The position numbers and the translations under genes were made by a program. A stretch of DNA of 63,420 bases, filler included, from Octopus bimaculoides (taxonomy: Eukaryota), in NCBI RefSeq assembly GCF_001194135.2. It is 5 parts of 5 records of this genome, joined end to end, with 100 filler letters (N's around TTAATTAATTAA, not from the genome) between each part and the next. Parts side by side here need not be neighbours in the genome. Positions count along the whole stretch, not along the records: positions 7,086 to 34,505 come from NC_069006.1; 4 more parts are not named here. One strand, given 5' to 3'. Positions 13,447 to 26,687 of the stretch are shown here, one piece after another. The notes beneath the pieces are model-generated. The model did no database searches. It was not told the DNA's origin and worked only from the letters and a program-made list of their open reading frames with translations. Every line of letters begins with the position of its first letter. Within the stretch, counting starts at the first letter, position 1.

Positions 13447-13500
<54 letters not shown>
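13289..13500 (+). mobile_element. SINE family B, 5' half
   Basis: 'aggtgtggctgtgtagtaagaagcttgtttcccaaccacatgg...gggcaagtgtcttctactatagc' matches the other family B copies. Confidence 0.8.
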
Positions 13501-13509
<9 letters not shown>

Positions 13510-13644
13510 TACATACATACATACACGTGTGTGTGTGTGTACACTTCTATACATTATTAGTTATTAGATTTTTGTAGTTTGATTAGCACTCTGGTTTTTA
13601 TAATTTTTCCGCTTTTAAAACTTTGCTTTTTTTTTTAATTCCAG

Positions 13645-13781
13645 GATTCTTCACCAAAGTCCACAGTCAAATGCAGGATATTATCGATGTCACAGATACA
13701 AGAAGGCTTTTATCAGAACAACTTAACTCAGCCAAAACTGATGTGAAGCAAAAAAAAAAGCAGAAAAAAAATTATGTTTAA
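13645..13781 (+). CDS. Candidate 3'-terminal coding exon of an unidentified gene (xFFTKVHSQMQDIIDVTDTRRLLSEQLNSAKTDVKQKKKQKKNYV*)
   Basis: A long polypyrimidine tract ends in ttccAG at 13644, followed by a phase-1 frame open for 44 codons to TAA at 13779-13781. No homology was recognised. Confidence 0.3.
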
Positions 13782-14749
13782 ACAAAATTTACGATGAAGA
13801 TGATGCCTGGAATATAATTTTCGAAACGTTTGATGGAGGATTAAAAACCTAATTTCACCCCAACTTTGCAGTTAAATTTTAGATCTCCATCATTACTCTT
13901 AGTATTATGGCTGTTGTTAGTGCTGTCATTATGTTGTTGTTGTTGCTGCTGATGTTATTATGGCGTTATTATTATTCTACGAATATTGTTTGTTTTTTTC
14001 TGTTATTGTTATTTATTCTTGAATCTCATTTTGTTGTTGTTTATTTGTGCGTTTTTGGTTATATATTTCTCAGTTTTCTTGTAGTATATCCCCATGCATA
14101 TCCCAACTCGTTATGGCCTCAAGAAATTATTTTGCACTTTTTTTGTTTTAAATTTTAAAGCTATTTCTTGGATGCTGGAAGGAGTATTTTTGGTCAATTT
14201 TCCGGGTGGGGAGCCAGAGAGATTTTGATTTTTCTCATTTTTGTGGCTTTAATCTTATGCATGTTTGTGTTATACTTTTCTTTTCATTTCAATTTTTTGT
14301 GTCTTTATATTTCAAAAATTTATTTTTAAAGGGGGCGGGATGCAGCGAAGTACTAGTTCTTTCTTTTCTATATATTTGTTGATGACTAGATTAACATTTT
14401 TTTCCCTATTTTTCATTTTAAAGAAATTTTTCCACCCTTCGAAATGCGCCAACCTCGACTATCCACTTCAACACTCTTCTTTCCCCTTCATCCATAAATT
14501 TCTCCCATATTGTTTTTAATTTATTATTGTTTAGTATTTATATTTATTTCTTGTATTTTTATTCTCACATATATTTAATTAAACAACTTAAAACAACACA
14601 ATTTTCTTAAAATGCAAAAATGCAAACGACAAACCAATAAAAAGAAAAACGTCACTTAAAAATTTGAATATCTATTCATAATGTCCTTTATATATTTACT
14701 CAAATATTAATCCTTACGTTATCAATGTTATTATGAAATCATATTGTAT

Positions 14750-14793
<44 letters not shown>

Positions 14794-15459
14794 GTACGTA
14801 CATACATAAATGTTACGTAAGTGCACTCACGTGCAAGCGTAAACGCATTCGTTCTTTGTTCTACGGTAAGTGTCCCTTTACGAAGGAAATAAAACAGGAA
14901 AAAATAATAATTTAGAACATAACTGAAACTCAAACAATCTAAGTACAAAACAAAATATAAAACATAAACCCCTATTACATCATTTCTTCTATACGCAGTT
15001 ATTAACCCATTTTTCAGTTGCAATTTTTTTCAAGTATTAGCCCAGGCTATATCTAGCTAAGCAAAATGAAAAGTTATGTAATAAACTTTATTCGTTGATT
15101 CACGTTTTTGTTTAAAATGCTTTAGTATTTTTTTTTTATCTTTTACCTTTATGTATTTTTAACGAAATTCTATTTGCCTTTTTACATATTTTTACTTGAG
15201 AAAACATGCAAAAAAGCAAAAAATAGAAATTTTAAACATCTAATTTTCTTTACGTAATAACGAATATATTTATGCAAAGAGGTGTATAGAAACCGTTTGG
15301 TACTTAGCAGAAACGGCAAAGACATTTTCCTCGAGTCAGACGATACTATCTCTAAAAAGAAGGATTTCATATCAAACAACTCGGAGATTACCGACGAGGA
15401 TGAAACTGCTTCCTCGCCGGGAAGAATTGTCCCTTCTATTCTAACTATAAATAGAGAAA

Positions 15460-15770
15460 GAGATAGATAGATAAAGAGATAGAGAACGAAATAGATAGAC
15501 AAAGAGACGGATAGAGAAAGAGACGGATAGAGAAATAGATAGACAAAGAGACGGATAGAGAAAGAGACGGATAGAGAAAGAGACGGATAGATAGATAGAT
15601 AGATAGATAGATAGACAGACAAATAGATGGCGGGAGGGATAGATAGATAGGTAGACAAATGGATAGAGGGATGAATAGATAGACAGACAAATGAATGGAG
15701 TGATGAATAGATAGATAGACAAATGAATGGAGAGGTGAATAAATAGATAGATTGATAGATTGATAGATAG
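15460..15770. repeat. (GATA)n-derived compound repeat with a 16-bp sub-unit (gagaaagagacggata)
   Basis: Directly visible tandem units. Explains the SLSIY-type pseudo-ORFs on the minus strand. Confidence 0.8.
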
Positions 15771-17689
15771 GCCAATGCTGAAACCTCTACGTGGACGTCA
15801 GTCTACAAGGAAAATCAGCCAAATCTCCCTCAAACGATATTTTAACGGTTAGACCCAGAAAGTACAGCGTGGTCAGGGTAGGGATATAATTTGAACATGA
15901 GTTTGTTTAGTTTATTCTGATCTAGGGCCATACTGTAAACATCACAACAGCAGTATTGCCTGTGTTTCATTAACATCACTGCTGCCCCATGACGACAAAC
16001 AAGATAATGGAGCTGTAAATAAATTGTCTAGAAAATAGAAAAATAGAAATAAAGAAAAGACGGGATGGTCACGGCTGAAATATTCTTTAGATCTCGGTTC
16101 TGCTCGTTCAGAGTTGACCTGGGGCTAAGTAAGAAAAAAAAAACAGTAGCAGAAACAACAACAAAGCTTAATGTCCATGTTTTAATAACGAACAGCGCAT
16201 CTGAGAAACTACGATTGACCTAAGACGACGTAATAGCTAACTTATGCCTAAATATACTGTGCGTAAAAATAATAAAACATGGGATGGCCATGGTTAGAAT
16301 GCCTTTGATCATAGGTTTGCTTAATCAGGGCTGAACTACGTCTAAACATCATTAGCAAAAACCAAAGAAAAAGACTATTAAAAAGAGTGTGTTTTTGTTG
16401 AAATACTGTCTAGTGAAGAGAATCTTAAAAAAATGGAAGGCGAAATATAGAATTCAAAGACTTCGTTCTTTCTCATTTCTTTATCGCCATTTCTTCACCG
16501 TTTTCAGTTCTGCTATTCGTTTATTTATTTATTTGTTTATCTTTATTTATTTTTTTTTTCTTCTGCAATATCTATGAAAATTTGTCATTCAGGGGTTTAA
16601 AAGTTTAATCTTATTTTTACATAATGGCCCACGCCGAAAAAAAAAAATGGCTAGTTTTTCGTTTAAATTACGTAAAATTCCAATTTTTATTTTCTTTTTC
16701 TGNNNNNNNNNNNNNNNNNNNNNNNNNNNNNNNNNNNNNNNNNNNNNNNNNNNNNNNNNNNNNNNNNNNNNNNNNNNNNNNNNNNNNNNNNNNNNNNNNN
16801 NNNNNNNNNNNNNNNNNNNNNNNNNNNNNNNNNNNNNNNNNNNNNNNNNNNNNNNNNNNNNNNNNNNNNNNNNNNNNNNNNNNNNNNNNNNNNNNNNNNN
16901 NNNNNNNNNNNNNNNNNNNNNNNNNNNNNNNNNNNNNNNNNNNNNNNNNNNNNNNNNNNNNNNGATGATGATGATTATGACGACCATACTTTCGAACGCT
17001 TCATTTTAATTTTAACAAAAAGAAAAATAATATTTAATAAAACGTAGTAGTAGTAGTAATAATAATAATAATAATAATCGTTCCGTTTTATCCTACAGTG
17101 CTTGTTGTTGGTATTGTTTTTGTTGTTTTTTAAATTTTCGTTTTCTTTTGTCTTTCTTTTCTTCTCCTCCACTTAGGAGTTTTACGTTTTCTATTAACTT
17201 TAAGTATACTTCTATTTACTTGTTTAAGTTTTCTTTTTTTTTTTCTTTTTGTTGAATTTGATTTCTATTTTTATTAAACATTTATGAAATTTTACGACAC
17301 CTTTGTTTTTTTTTTACAAGATTCTCTTCGTATTTTAGTTTTGATTTTGTCTATTGATTTTTTTTTTTTTTTGAAACTTTGCAAACATTTAAGCATTTGA
17401 TTTGGTGGAGGGTTTTATCTTGTGTTTTTGTTTATTTTTAGTTGGTCTTTATGAGGCGGCGGGAGGGGGTGGGTGCATTACATAAAAACATAAAATAATG
17501 GTTATTGTTTCTGTTCTTTATATTTTTTCCGTTTCTTACGTAATAGTGTTTTTCGGCAAAATATTGGCTATCAAAAACATTGCCAGTGCCATATATTATT
17601 ATTATCATTATTATTATTACAAACATCAGTAGCAACAAGAAAAGCGACGGCAGCCAAAAACTCCATAGCACGTGGAGTATGTCCGTCAC

Positions 17690-18014
17690 CATCATCATCG
17701 TCAACTACAACATCACTAACACCATAATGGCCAACAAGCACCATTATAATACTAGTATTACTACATCAAAGCCACTATCGCCAACAACACAGTATTACAA
17801 CCATCATCATCAGTACCGATCGTACTTCTACTACCAATATCACGGCTACCACCAGCGACACCATTACTACAAATATATCCAACGTTTATCGTTGTCATCA
17901 TCATCTCCGCCATTACAGTTATTATCCCTCCTCCACCTCGACTGTCAACACCATTCACCATCACCACCAACTTCCATCATAACCGTCAATATCAACCACT
18001 ATCACCCCCAGCAT

Positions 18015-18046
<32 letters not shown>

Positions 18047-18290
18047 TTGCAATCGTCTCCAATACCACCACAACCACTACCATCATCATCATCATCATCA
18101 TCACCAACGTCACCACCATCGCTGCAATCACCATCTACAATACCATCACAACCATCATCATCATATTCCTCACCAACTTCACCGCAACCATCACTCTCCA
18201 TTATCTTTCTTAGCAACGCCATTACCACCACCACCACCACCACCAGCAGCAACACTATCACCACCACTACCGCCGCCATCACTACCAACA
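17690..18290. repeat. Degenerate (CAT)/(CAC) trinucleotide low-complexity tract
   Basis: catcatcat and caccaccac runs; overlapping His-, Ser- and Val-rich ORFs arise in several frames. Confidence 0.8.
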
Positions 18291-18462
18291 CCAAATTATG
18301 GCTGAACTTTCACTGCTAAATAATATACGCCATGTTAATAATGTCTAAAAAAAATCTTAATGTGATCATTATGTAAGTGTACCCATAATCCTCAATGGAT
18401 GACGGCTAACCTAAATTCTCTTTCAGGAGTTTTTCATGATGTTGTTTCCGGATATTTGTTAG

Positions 18463-18520
18463 CATTGTTGGTATTATTGCTGATATTTTTAATATTCCAC
18501 TACGCATGATTCGTCAGCAA
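18463..18520 (+). CDS. Candidate 58-nt internal exon (xIVGIIADIFNIPLRMIRQQ)
   Basis: Acceptor tttgttAG at 18462, an open non-repetitive frame, and a strong donor CAA|GTAAGA at 18521. No family was recognised. Confidence 0.3.
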
Positions 18521-18742
18521 GTAAGAAATTGTGTTGGGTAATCGTATATGAGCTTGTGGTAGAGCGCCGTTTGTATGAGTTTATATATATATATATATAC
18601 ACGAGAAAGATTGACTCTCATAAATGTTTGAATATCCTTTTCATAGTGAGTTAATGTTTTACTCTTTTATATATAGCTAAAGACATATATTCTAAGCACA
18701 CGTCTGCTTATGCGTTAGTATATGTGTATAGTATGTATATAA

Positions 18743-18786
<44 letters not shown>

Positions 18787-19933
18787 CACACCCAAATACA
18801 TATATGCATACACAAATATACATGCAAACAGATATATGTGTGTGTACGTATGCATATATATGTTTTGTTTATAGAGATATTTCATTATTATGTTCAGTAC
18901 TGCTTTCATCATGGTTACTATCATCATCACCGTCGTTATCGAAGTCATCGCTGATGTTTACACATTTGTATGGTGTTTAAATTGTTCTAAATGATGTGAT
19001 TTTGTTAAGAGTTATCTTCGTTGCTGCTATATTTGTTCTTCTTTACTGTTATGTTAGCAGTCTTAATATCACTGGGTGCTTTTCACTGCTTAGTCGACCA
19101 CTCCCTATTCTACGAATTCATATATATCTATATATATATATATATATATATATNNNNNNNNNNNNNNNNNNNNNNNNNNNNNNNNNNNNNNNNNNNNNNN
19201 NNNNNNNNNNNNNNNNNNNNNNNNNNNNNNNNNNNNNNNNNNNNNNNNNNNNNNNNNNNNNNNNNNNNNNNNNNNNNNNNNNNNNNNNNNNNNNNNNNNN
19301 NNNNNNNNNNNNNNNNNNNNNNNNNNNNNNNNNNNNNNNNNNNNNNNNNNNNNNNNNNNNNNNNNNNNNNNNNNNNNNNNNNNNNNNNNNNNNNNNNNNN
19401 NNNNNNNNNNNNNNNNNNNNNNNNNNNNNNNNNNNNNNNNNNNNNNNNNNNNNNNNNNNNNNNNNNNNNNNNNNNNNNNNNNNNNNNNNNNNNNNNNNNN
19501 NNNNNNNNNNNNNNNNNNNNNNNNNNNNNNNNNNNNNNNNNNNNNNNNNNNNNNNNNNNNNNNNNNNNNNNNNNNNNNNNNNNNNNNNNNNNNNNNNNNN
19601 NNNNNNNNNNNNNNNNNNNNNNNNNNNNNNNNNNNNNNNNNNNNNNNNNNNNNNNNNNNNNNNNNNNNNNNNNNNNNNNNNNNNNNNNNNNNNNNNNNNN
19701 NNNNNNNNNNNNNNNNNNNNNNNNNNNNNNNNNNNNNNNNNNNNNNNNNNNNNNNNNNNNNNNNNNNNNNNNNNNNNNNNNNNNNNNNNNNNNNNNNNNN
19801 NNNNNNNNNNNNNNNNNNNNNNNNNNNNNNNNNNNNNNNNNNNNNNNNNNNNNNNNNNNNNNNNNNNNNNNNNNNNNNNNNNNNNNNNNNNNNNNNNNNN
19901 NNNNNNNNNNNNNNNNNNNNNNNNNNNNNNNNN

Positions 19934-19964
<31 letters not shown>

Positions 19965-20015
19965 CTATTTCTAGCGCATTAATTGTCCACGTTAGTGGTC
20001 GATGTTATTTTTAAA

Positions 20016-20048
<33 letters not shown>

Positions 20049-20084
20049 TAAAATAACCACATGTATTTGGATAAACTCTGAAGA

Positions 20085-20800
20085 ACTATTTTTCCAGATA
20101 CTCAAGTGAATTCGGCCAGGGGTTACATTCATATGTAGGGCTGTTATCTATATGGTTGTTAGCCATATACACTGTAGTTTTAGTCAAGCAATTACCATTA
20201 AGAGCGACGTTGCTGGGGTCTACACAATTATATTTTGGATGGTGTTCATTTCTATTGACTTTGAAGAGATTGTTCACTTCATATTAGCTTATCAACAAGA
20301 CTAGGTTCTTATAACAAGAATAGTAAGCCTTCAGGATGCTTTACTGGGTATTCCATAATTCCTATACTCCCAGGGAAAATGTCTAGAGACTAAGTTCAAG
20401 AATTCACTCGCTACGTTTGTCTCTATGTTCATACTCAATGTCCGACTGAACTGCAAAATCCTTCTGGTCCAACTTCAGCGACATCTACCGGGAATATTTT
20501 CAGTGCCCTGGTAATGGTTCTGCTTTAGGGTGTCTTTGTCAGGTGAGGTTGTATTGAAGGCCGCCTCATCCAACGACTATGAAGAGATTAGCTTACTTTT
20601 ATCATGAACAACATACCGAAAGATTACAAGCGAATGATTGGAATTTTCATTCACACAGAATCGCCTTTCACTAGGCTTGTGATAAGGCCTAAAACTGCTA
20701 GTTGCTAGTGCTAAAGTAGCTTCTAAGAAATTGATACTACTAAGATTCGTATCATAAGTGATGTTTAAATTCATTCAGTGGAAGAATGTAATGAGATATT
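20085..20800 (-). mobile_element. Penelope-like element remnant (RT thumb to GIY-YIG linker), frameshifted
   Basis: Minus-strand peptides NLNITYDTNLSSINFLEATLALATSSFRPYHKP..CVNENSNH (PLE 'FLDVTL..FRPY.KP..YV...SNHP'), ILKAYYSCYKNL (PLE 'K.SYSC..N') and NGNCLTKTTVYMA (PLE 'C.L.G.CL...VYKA') occur in the expected order. Confidence 0.85.
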
Positions 20801-21255
20801 TCCTAAATCTGTCTAAACCCGTACTCCGTTCATATTATGGTTAATAATAAACCCTTTCGCTTTCCAGCCTCTTATCAGATATTAGCACCATAATCATCTT
20901 ACCACCACCGCTACTATAATCATCACAGCCACCAGCGCTATTGCTATCATACTATCACTACCGCCGCCAACCTGCCAATGTTTCCCTACGTAAGGCTTCT
21001 TTTTATTCAGTTTTATTTAACTTGTTAGTAATATTCGTTTTTGTTTTCCTTCGACGGTCAATTCAATCGATTCCATTAATTATCAAATCACCTTCAAATG
21101 TTTATTTGATCATTTGCAATTATTCCTCATTGCACCATTTAAAATAATTATCAGGTGACGTGAAACTCAGAATCAAAGGTGCAATTCTTCGCGGAGATTG
21201 GGCAGTAGTCTTCGCATTTGCTAAGTTCTTCATCTTCAGTAAAACAATTCACATT

Positions 21256-21548
21256 GGCGCGTGGCTTGGTGGTTAGGGTAATCAGCTCATAATCGTAAGA
21301 TCGTGAGTTCGATTCCCGACGTCACGTTGTCTCCTTGAGCAAGACACTTCATTTCATGTTGCTCCAGTCCTCGCAGCTGGCAAAAATTAGTTGTACCTGT
21401 AATTCAAAGGGCCAGCCTTGTCACATTGTGTGCCGCGCTGAATCTCCATGAGAACCACGTTAGGAATAAGCGTATCTGTAGAGTGCTCAGCCACTTGCAC
21501 GTTAATTTCACGAGCAGGGTGTCTCGTTGATCGGATCCGACAGAGTGC
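21256..21548 (+). mobile_element. tRNA-derived SINE, family C (GGCGCGTGGCTT.GTGGTTAGG head)
   Basis: A box 'tggcttggtggttagg', B box 'gagttcgattccc', and core 'ttgtctccttgagcaagacacttcatttca'. Confidence 0.85.
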
Positions 21549-21718
21549 GAGGAAAAAGCAATCTACATACACATATAAATGTGGAAATATATATATATAT
21601 ATATACATGTATGTATATGGTCTTCCTTGTATCACGCTACTGAACCTCCACCCTTCACAACTTATTTCAGCACCACATGTGTATGTATATATTTCTCTCT
21701 CCCCCTGAGTGTGTGAAG

Positions 21719-21974
21719 GTGCGTGGCCGAGTAGTTACTTTGTTGTCCTCACGATCGCTAGATCGTGGGTTCGATTCCCAGACCGGGCGGCGCGTTGTGT
21801 TCTTGAGCAAAATACTTCATTTCACATTGCTACAGTCCTCCTTTCGATCAGAGTGTGAATGCTGCCTGGGCCGCCTAACCAACAGTGTGACGCTATTCGA
21901 AGGCTAAAACGATACAAAGCGCACCATGACCAGCGATGTGAATCAGCATCTCATAGTCTGGTCGGTCATGTGAT

Positions 21975-21975
<1 letters not shown>
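21719..21975 (+). mobile_element. SINE family C variant with a different 3' half
   Basis: 'ggtgcgtggccgagtagtt...gggttcgattcccagaccggg..gttgtgttcttgagcaaaatacttcatttcac' resembles the 21256 copy in head and core only. Confidence 0.75.
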
Positions 21976-22032
<57 letters not shown>

Positions 22033-24639
22033 TGTGTGTACGTGTGTGAATATATATATATATACATATATATATGCATACTGGCATCTGTAATATATAT
22101 ATATATATATATATATATAATCTGAGTAAAAACAAATACAGAAGAAGGGTTTTGTATGATCGTGTATAGAGGAATATATTTTATTTAAAAGAGTTCCAAC
22201 TCTGTTTTTTATGTTTTATGTATATTCTTCTAAAATTAATGTGGGATATAGAATATGAAATATACAATATATAATATAAAAATGGATGGTACGATGAAAT
22301 GAAGTTTTGAATGTCTTATTGAATATATGGAATATGTCTTATTGAATATATGGAATATTGAGTGTTCAATATAAAGGATTAAATATATAAAGGCGAATAC
22401 GTATTTTCCATACCTTGTGGTATTTCATCATGGCCGGTATGACAGACTTTAACAGACTGTAACAGACTGGCTGGTTTTCTGTCTTTTATACCTATTCCTT
22501 TGGACATCAGCAGTATGTGTATGCATACTGGCGTCTCTGTGTGTGTGTGTGTGTGTGTGNNNNNNNNNNNNNNNNNNNNNNNNNNNNNNNNNNNNNNNNN
22601 NNNNNNNNNNNNNNNNNNNNNNNNNNNNNNNNNNNNNNNNNNNNNNNNNNNNNNNNNNNNNNNNNNNNNNNNNNNNNNNNNNNNNNNNNNNNNNNNNNNN
22701 NNNNNNNNNNNNNNNNNNNNNNNNNNNNNNNNNNNNNNNNNNNNNNNNNNNNNNNNNNNNNNNNNNNNNNNNNNNNNNNNNNNNNNNNNNNNNNNNNNNN
22801 NNNNNNNNNNNNNNNNNNNNNNNNNNNNNNNNNNNNNNNNNNNNNNNNNNNNNNNNNNNNNNNNNNNNNNNNNNNNNNNNNNNNNNNNNNNNNNNNNNNN
22901 NNNNNNNNNNNNNNNNNNNNNNNNNNNNNNNNNNNNNNNNNNNNNNNNNNNNNNNNNNNNNNNNNNNNNNNNNNNNNNNNNNNNNNNNNNNNNNNNNNNN
23001 NNNNNNNNNNNNNNNNNNNNNNNNNNNNNNNNNNNNNNNNNNNNNNNNNNNNNNNNNNNNNNNNNNNNNNNNNNNNNNNNNNNNNNNNNNNNNNNNNNNN
23101 NNNNNNNNNNNNNNNNNNNNNNNNNNNNNNNNNNNNNNNNNNNNNNNNNNNNNNNNNNNNNNNNNNNNNNNNNNNNNNNACTAAATTATCCTTTCATGGC
23201 ATGAGCATGCGCAGTATTTCATTATTAAGTTAATGCAAAAGGTGTCGAGACAGACCGATGGTGATTGGCAGCAGGTGGGAATGAGTGGGGTGGGGAGGAG
23301 AAAGGGAACGATATGGGTATGTGTGTGTCTGTGTGTGCGTGTGTTTGCGTAAATGTTTGTGCTTGTATACATACAAGCGTACATAAATACAAAAGTGTAT
23401 ATAAATATATGCATACGCTTGACATACATGCACATATACACACATATTTACACGTACATGCATACACTTAAACTATATATATATATATATATCTTGTTAT
23501 GTTTTAAGTTTATAATTCTTTGTTGGGAGGTGATAGGGCGGGGTGGAATACGAATGTTTATGTTTGTCTTTGTTTTGTTGGGTTTTTTCCTCGTTTATCT
23601 TCCTTTTCTTTTTTTTTCTATTTTTCATCACACACCATTTAGCTATGGTGGATTAAGTATTGTTTAATAATGAAAAGATAGAACGAACACAACAACAAAA
23701 ATTAATAACAAAGGCACAGTTTTTAAAGAAAACAAAAAAAGCAATATATGAAAAACGGAAAAGTAAGGATATAGAGTTAGCAACATGAATCATTTATCGT
23801 TAGTTTCGTATTAAACAATAACTAATGCAAAAACCGGAAAGACGAAATGCAAGAAGTAGAATAATAAACAAGAGAATAAAAATAGGAAAGATAATATTAC
23901 AATGGAAAACTCTAGAATATAAAAGAAAAAGGAACCAAGAAGAAATACAGAGAGAATGGTAACAAAAAACATAAGATGGGGTGTGGTTTGGATAAGGAAA
24001 AGGATTATCTTTAGGGAGTTTCTTATCTGACAGATTTCGGTTGCATTTAATTATATCAGTTCCTGCAGTAGTAATAGTAGTAGTTGTTGCTGGAACCAAG
24101 ATCTTGGAATCCACCAAAAGAGAAAAAGAATGAAATCAAATGAGAGAAGAGAAAGGCTCAACAAAAAAAAAAAACCTCGTCTTCCATTAACATTACCATA
24201 CAGTCAATGCCATACGTCTATAGAGTCACCAATTGCTCTACAAAGTCATTAATGGCATCACCATAAAGGAAGTGTTCAGCAAAGAAAAAGCGAAATTTTC
24301 GAGTGTAAGATAAAAGCGAAGACGGCGTTGTTGCTTAGTCTTGAGTCAGCCCGGTTCGAACAGATATATAATCAAAGTGCTTCCAGTCATAACTTGACCG
24401 ACATCTTTTGCTTAAGACACAGTCTCGTACTACATTATCCAATGTTTTCTTTGCCGTGTTTGTTGGTCCTGTTATTGTCACTATTGTTCTCGTTGTTGTT
24501 ATTGCTTTATCGCTTACTCAGCGGTAGCTGAGACTCCCTTGTAGTTTCAACATGCAGTGTTACAGTCTACGCATGATATATAGGCTCATAAATAGGCGAG
24601 CAGACAGAGCTACGACAGCCCAGCGGTTAGCCGAATAAA

Positions 24640-24730
24640 AAGATGCACTGTGTGCCACCCGGTCCGAGAATCGAACTCATGTCTTTATGGTGTCATGAGC
24701 TCAGCGTCCTAACCACTAGGTTGTGTGCCT
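24640..24730 (-). mobile_element. SINE family C-like tRNA head, truncated
   Basis: Minus strand 'cctagtggttaggacgctgagctcatgacacc...gagttcgattctcggaccggg' has A/B boxes but no complete cloverleaf or CCA context. Confidence 0.6.
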
Positions 24731-26626
24731 TCAGTTCTAGCATTAGTAAGAAGAAGAGGGGGAGAAGGAGGGTGTGGAAAAGGAAAGGAAGCGGAGAAGG
24801 GAAGGAAGAAGAGGAGGAGAAGGAAGGAGGGGAGGAGAATGGGAGGAAAAGGAGGAGGAGAGAAGGAAAAGGGGGAACGAAAAGAGGAGGGAAATAACAG
24901 AGGAGGAGGAAAAGAAAGGAGGAGGAAGAGGAAGTAATGGAAGTCTGATTGCGCTCCGTTCATGTCTTTCTCAGAGACGCTAGAGAAGAATTTAAGTTAA
25001 AACCTTTAACTTGACCAGAATATCGAAACCTGGACTCGATCTGCTTAGAAATACAACAAGCACCCAATACATTGAGACTAATGTGGGCGAGTGACCCGTA
25101 TTTTAATAATAATAATAATGAAATAAATATCAGTAGGCTTGCCCCTAAACTACTTCCGGGCTTAGAACTTTCAAAAGGTAAAATGCAAGTCTAATAAGAC
25201 TGTTTCACAATTTCATCTTGATTGAATCTTTAATACTTTCTCGGTTCATATCACAAATAACTTTGTCTTGGTGTATAAACTGGTGTATAAATGCTGCCGA
25301 GCAAATGCTCAAGGCAAAAAATATTTCCACCATGTTCTATTGTGCGTAACATAATTTTCGTCTAATACTATTCGACCATTTTTGGCTAATATTATTTGTG
25401 AAACTATATGTTAGTTTCAAGAAGCAACCATAAGCTTACCAGCATGCGTTAGTAATAACTGTTAGGCAAACTTTTATGTACAGAACGATCTAATGTATGA
25501 GTGTGCGGGGATGGGGTAGGCGCAGAATGGCTGGATGGTTAAGAAATTCGCTTTCTACCCATGAAGGTCTTGGTTTAATCCTACCGTGTTATTGCGTGGG
25601 CAAGTGTCATTTTCTGTAGCTTCGATTTTCGATCCCACTAAGTTTGTGAGCGAAGTAGAGTAGAAGAAAAATGTGAACCAACCTGTTGGATGGATTGTAT
25701 CTGTTGTTCAAGAGTACCGTATTGTTATGTACCGTGACACGCTGATTCTATTAGAGACATCCGTTTATTAAACTAAAGATTTGGTTGTTTGATCAGCTGA
25801 ACAAGTTGTTCGGAAAATGAAAGTGGCCTAGCATTCCACAGACACGTGTATGTCTATGTAGACAGAAAGAGAGAGAGAGAAAAAGAGAGAGAAAGAAAGA
25901 GACAAACAGGCAAATAGATAGATAGATAGATAGGGATAGATAGGTAGATATAGGTAGATATAGATAGCTAGGTAGATATAGATAGCTAGGTAGATATAGA
26001 TAGCTAGGTAGATATAGATAGATAGGTAGATATATAGATAGATCGCACATAGTTTATGTGCGACCGATAACGTTTACATTATTAGAGCAGTATTTGTTCT
26101 GGCTCTTCACATTCCGGGTTCAAATCCCGACTTGGTTGTCTCTGCTTTTTATCCATTCGGATGTTCGGTATAATAAAATAAAGCGCCAGTCAAGTACCGG
26201 GATTGATAGCATCGACTAGCCTTACACTTAAATGTTGCTGACCTTGTGCCTAATTTAAGGACCGAATACGTAAATGCGTGCATGCGTGTGTGTATGTGTT
26301 TATGTGTACCCATTAAATACAAACACGTACATATACATAACACAAAGACAAGGAGCGGAAGAGAGGAAGAAAATCGTATATGGACGCTAGTTAAGTCGTC
26401 AGTATTAACGTATTTAATGCATTGAGCAGCTAAAAAGCTAATTAAAAAATTTATATATAGACAGTTTACTTGTATCTTTCTGTCTATATATTCTTTTCTC
26501 TCTCACATACACACTCACTCATACGCACACACACTTCTTTCACTGTTTCCCCCCCCCCACTACTCCCTACCTCTCTCTGTACACAAACACACAAACATCA
26601 TATATCACATGTATATACACAAAGAT

Positions 26627-26687
<61 letters not shown>

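Noticed and set aside
17580-18319. 241-aa His-rich ORF and overlapping frames
   Set aside because: Derived from (CAT)/(CAC) microsatellite, with no domain or splice support.
18996-19982. Long ORFs spanning N-gaps (also 16589, 22500, 42879, 52457, 55815, 59256, 61878)
   Set aside because: Their length comes from runs of X; the flanks are (TA)n/(CA)n.
21256-21340. tRNA-like sequences at SINE heads
   Set aside because: They have A/B boxes but no complete cloverleaf and continue into shared SINE bodies, so they are not tRNA genes.
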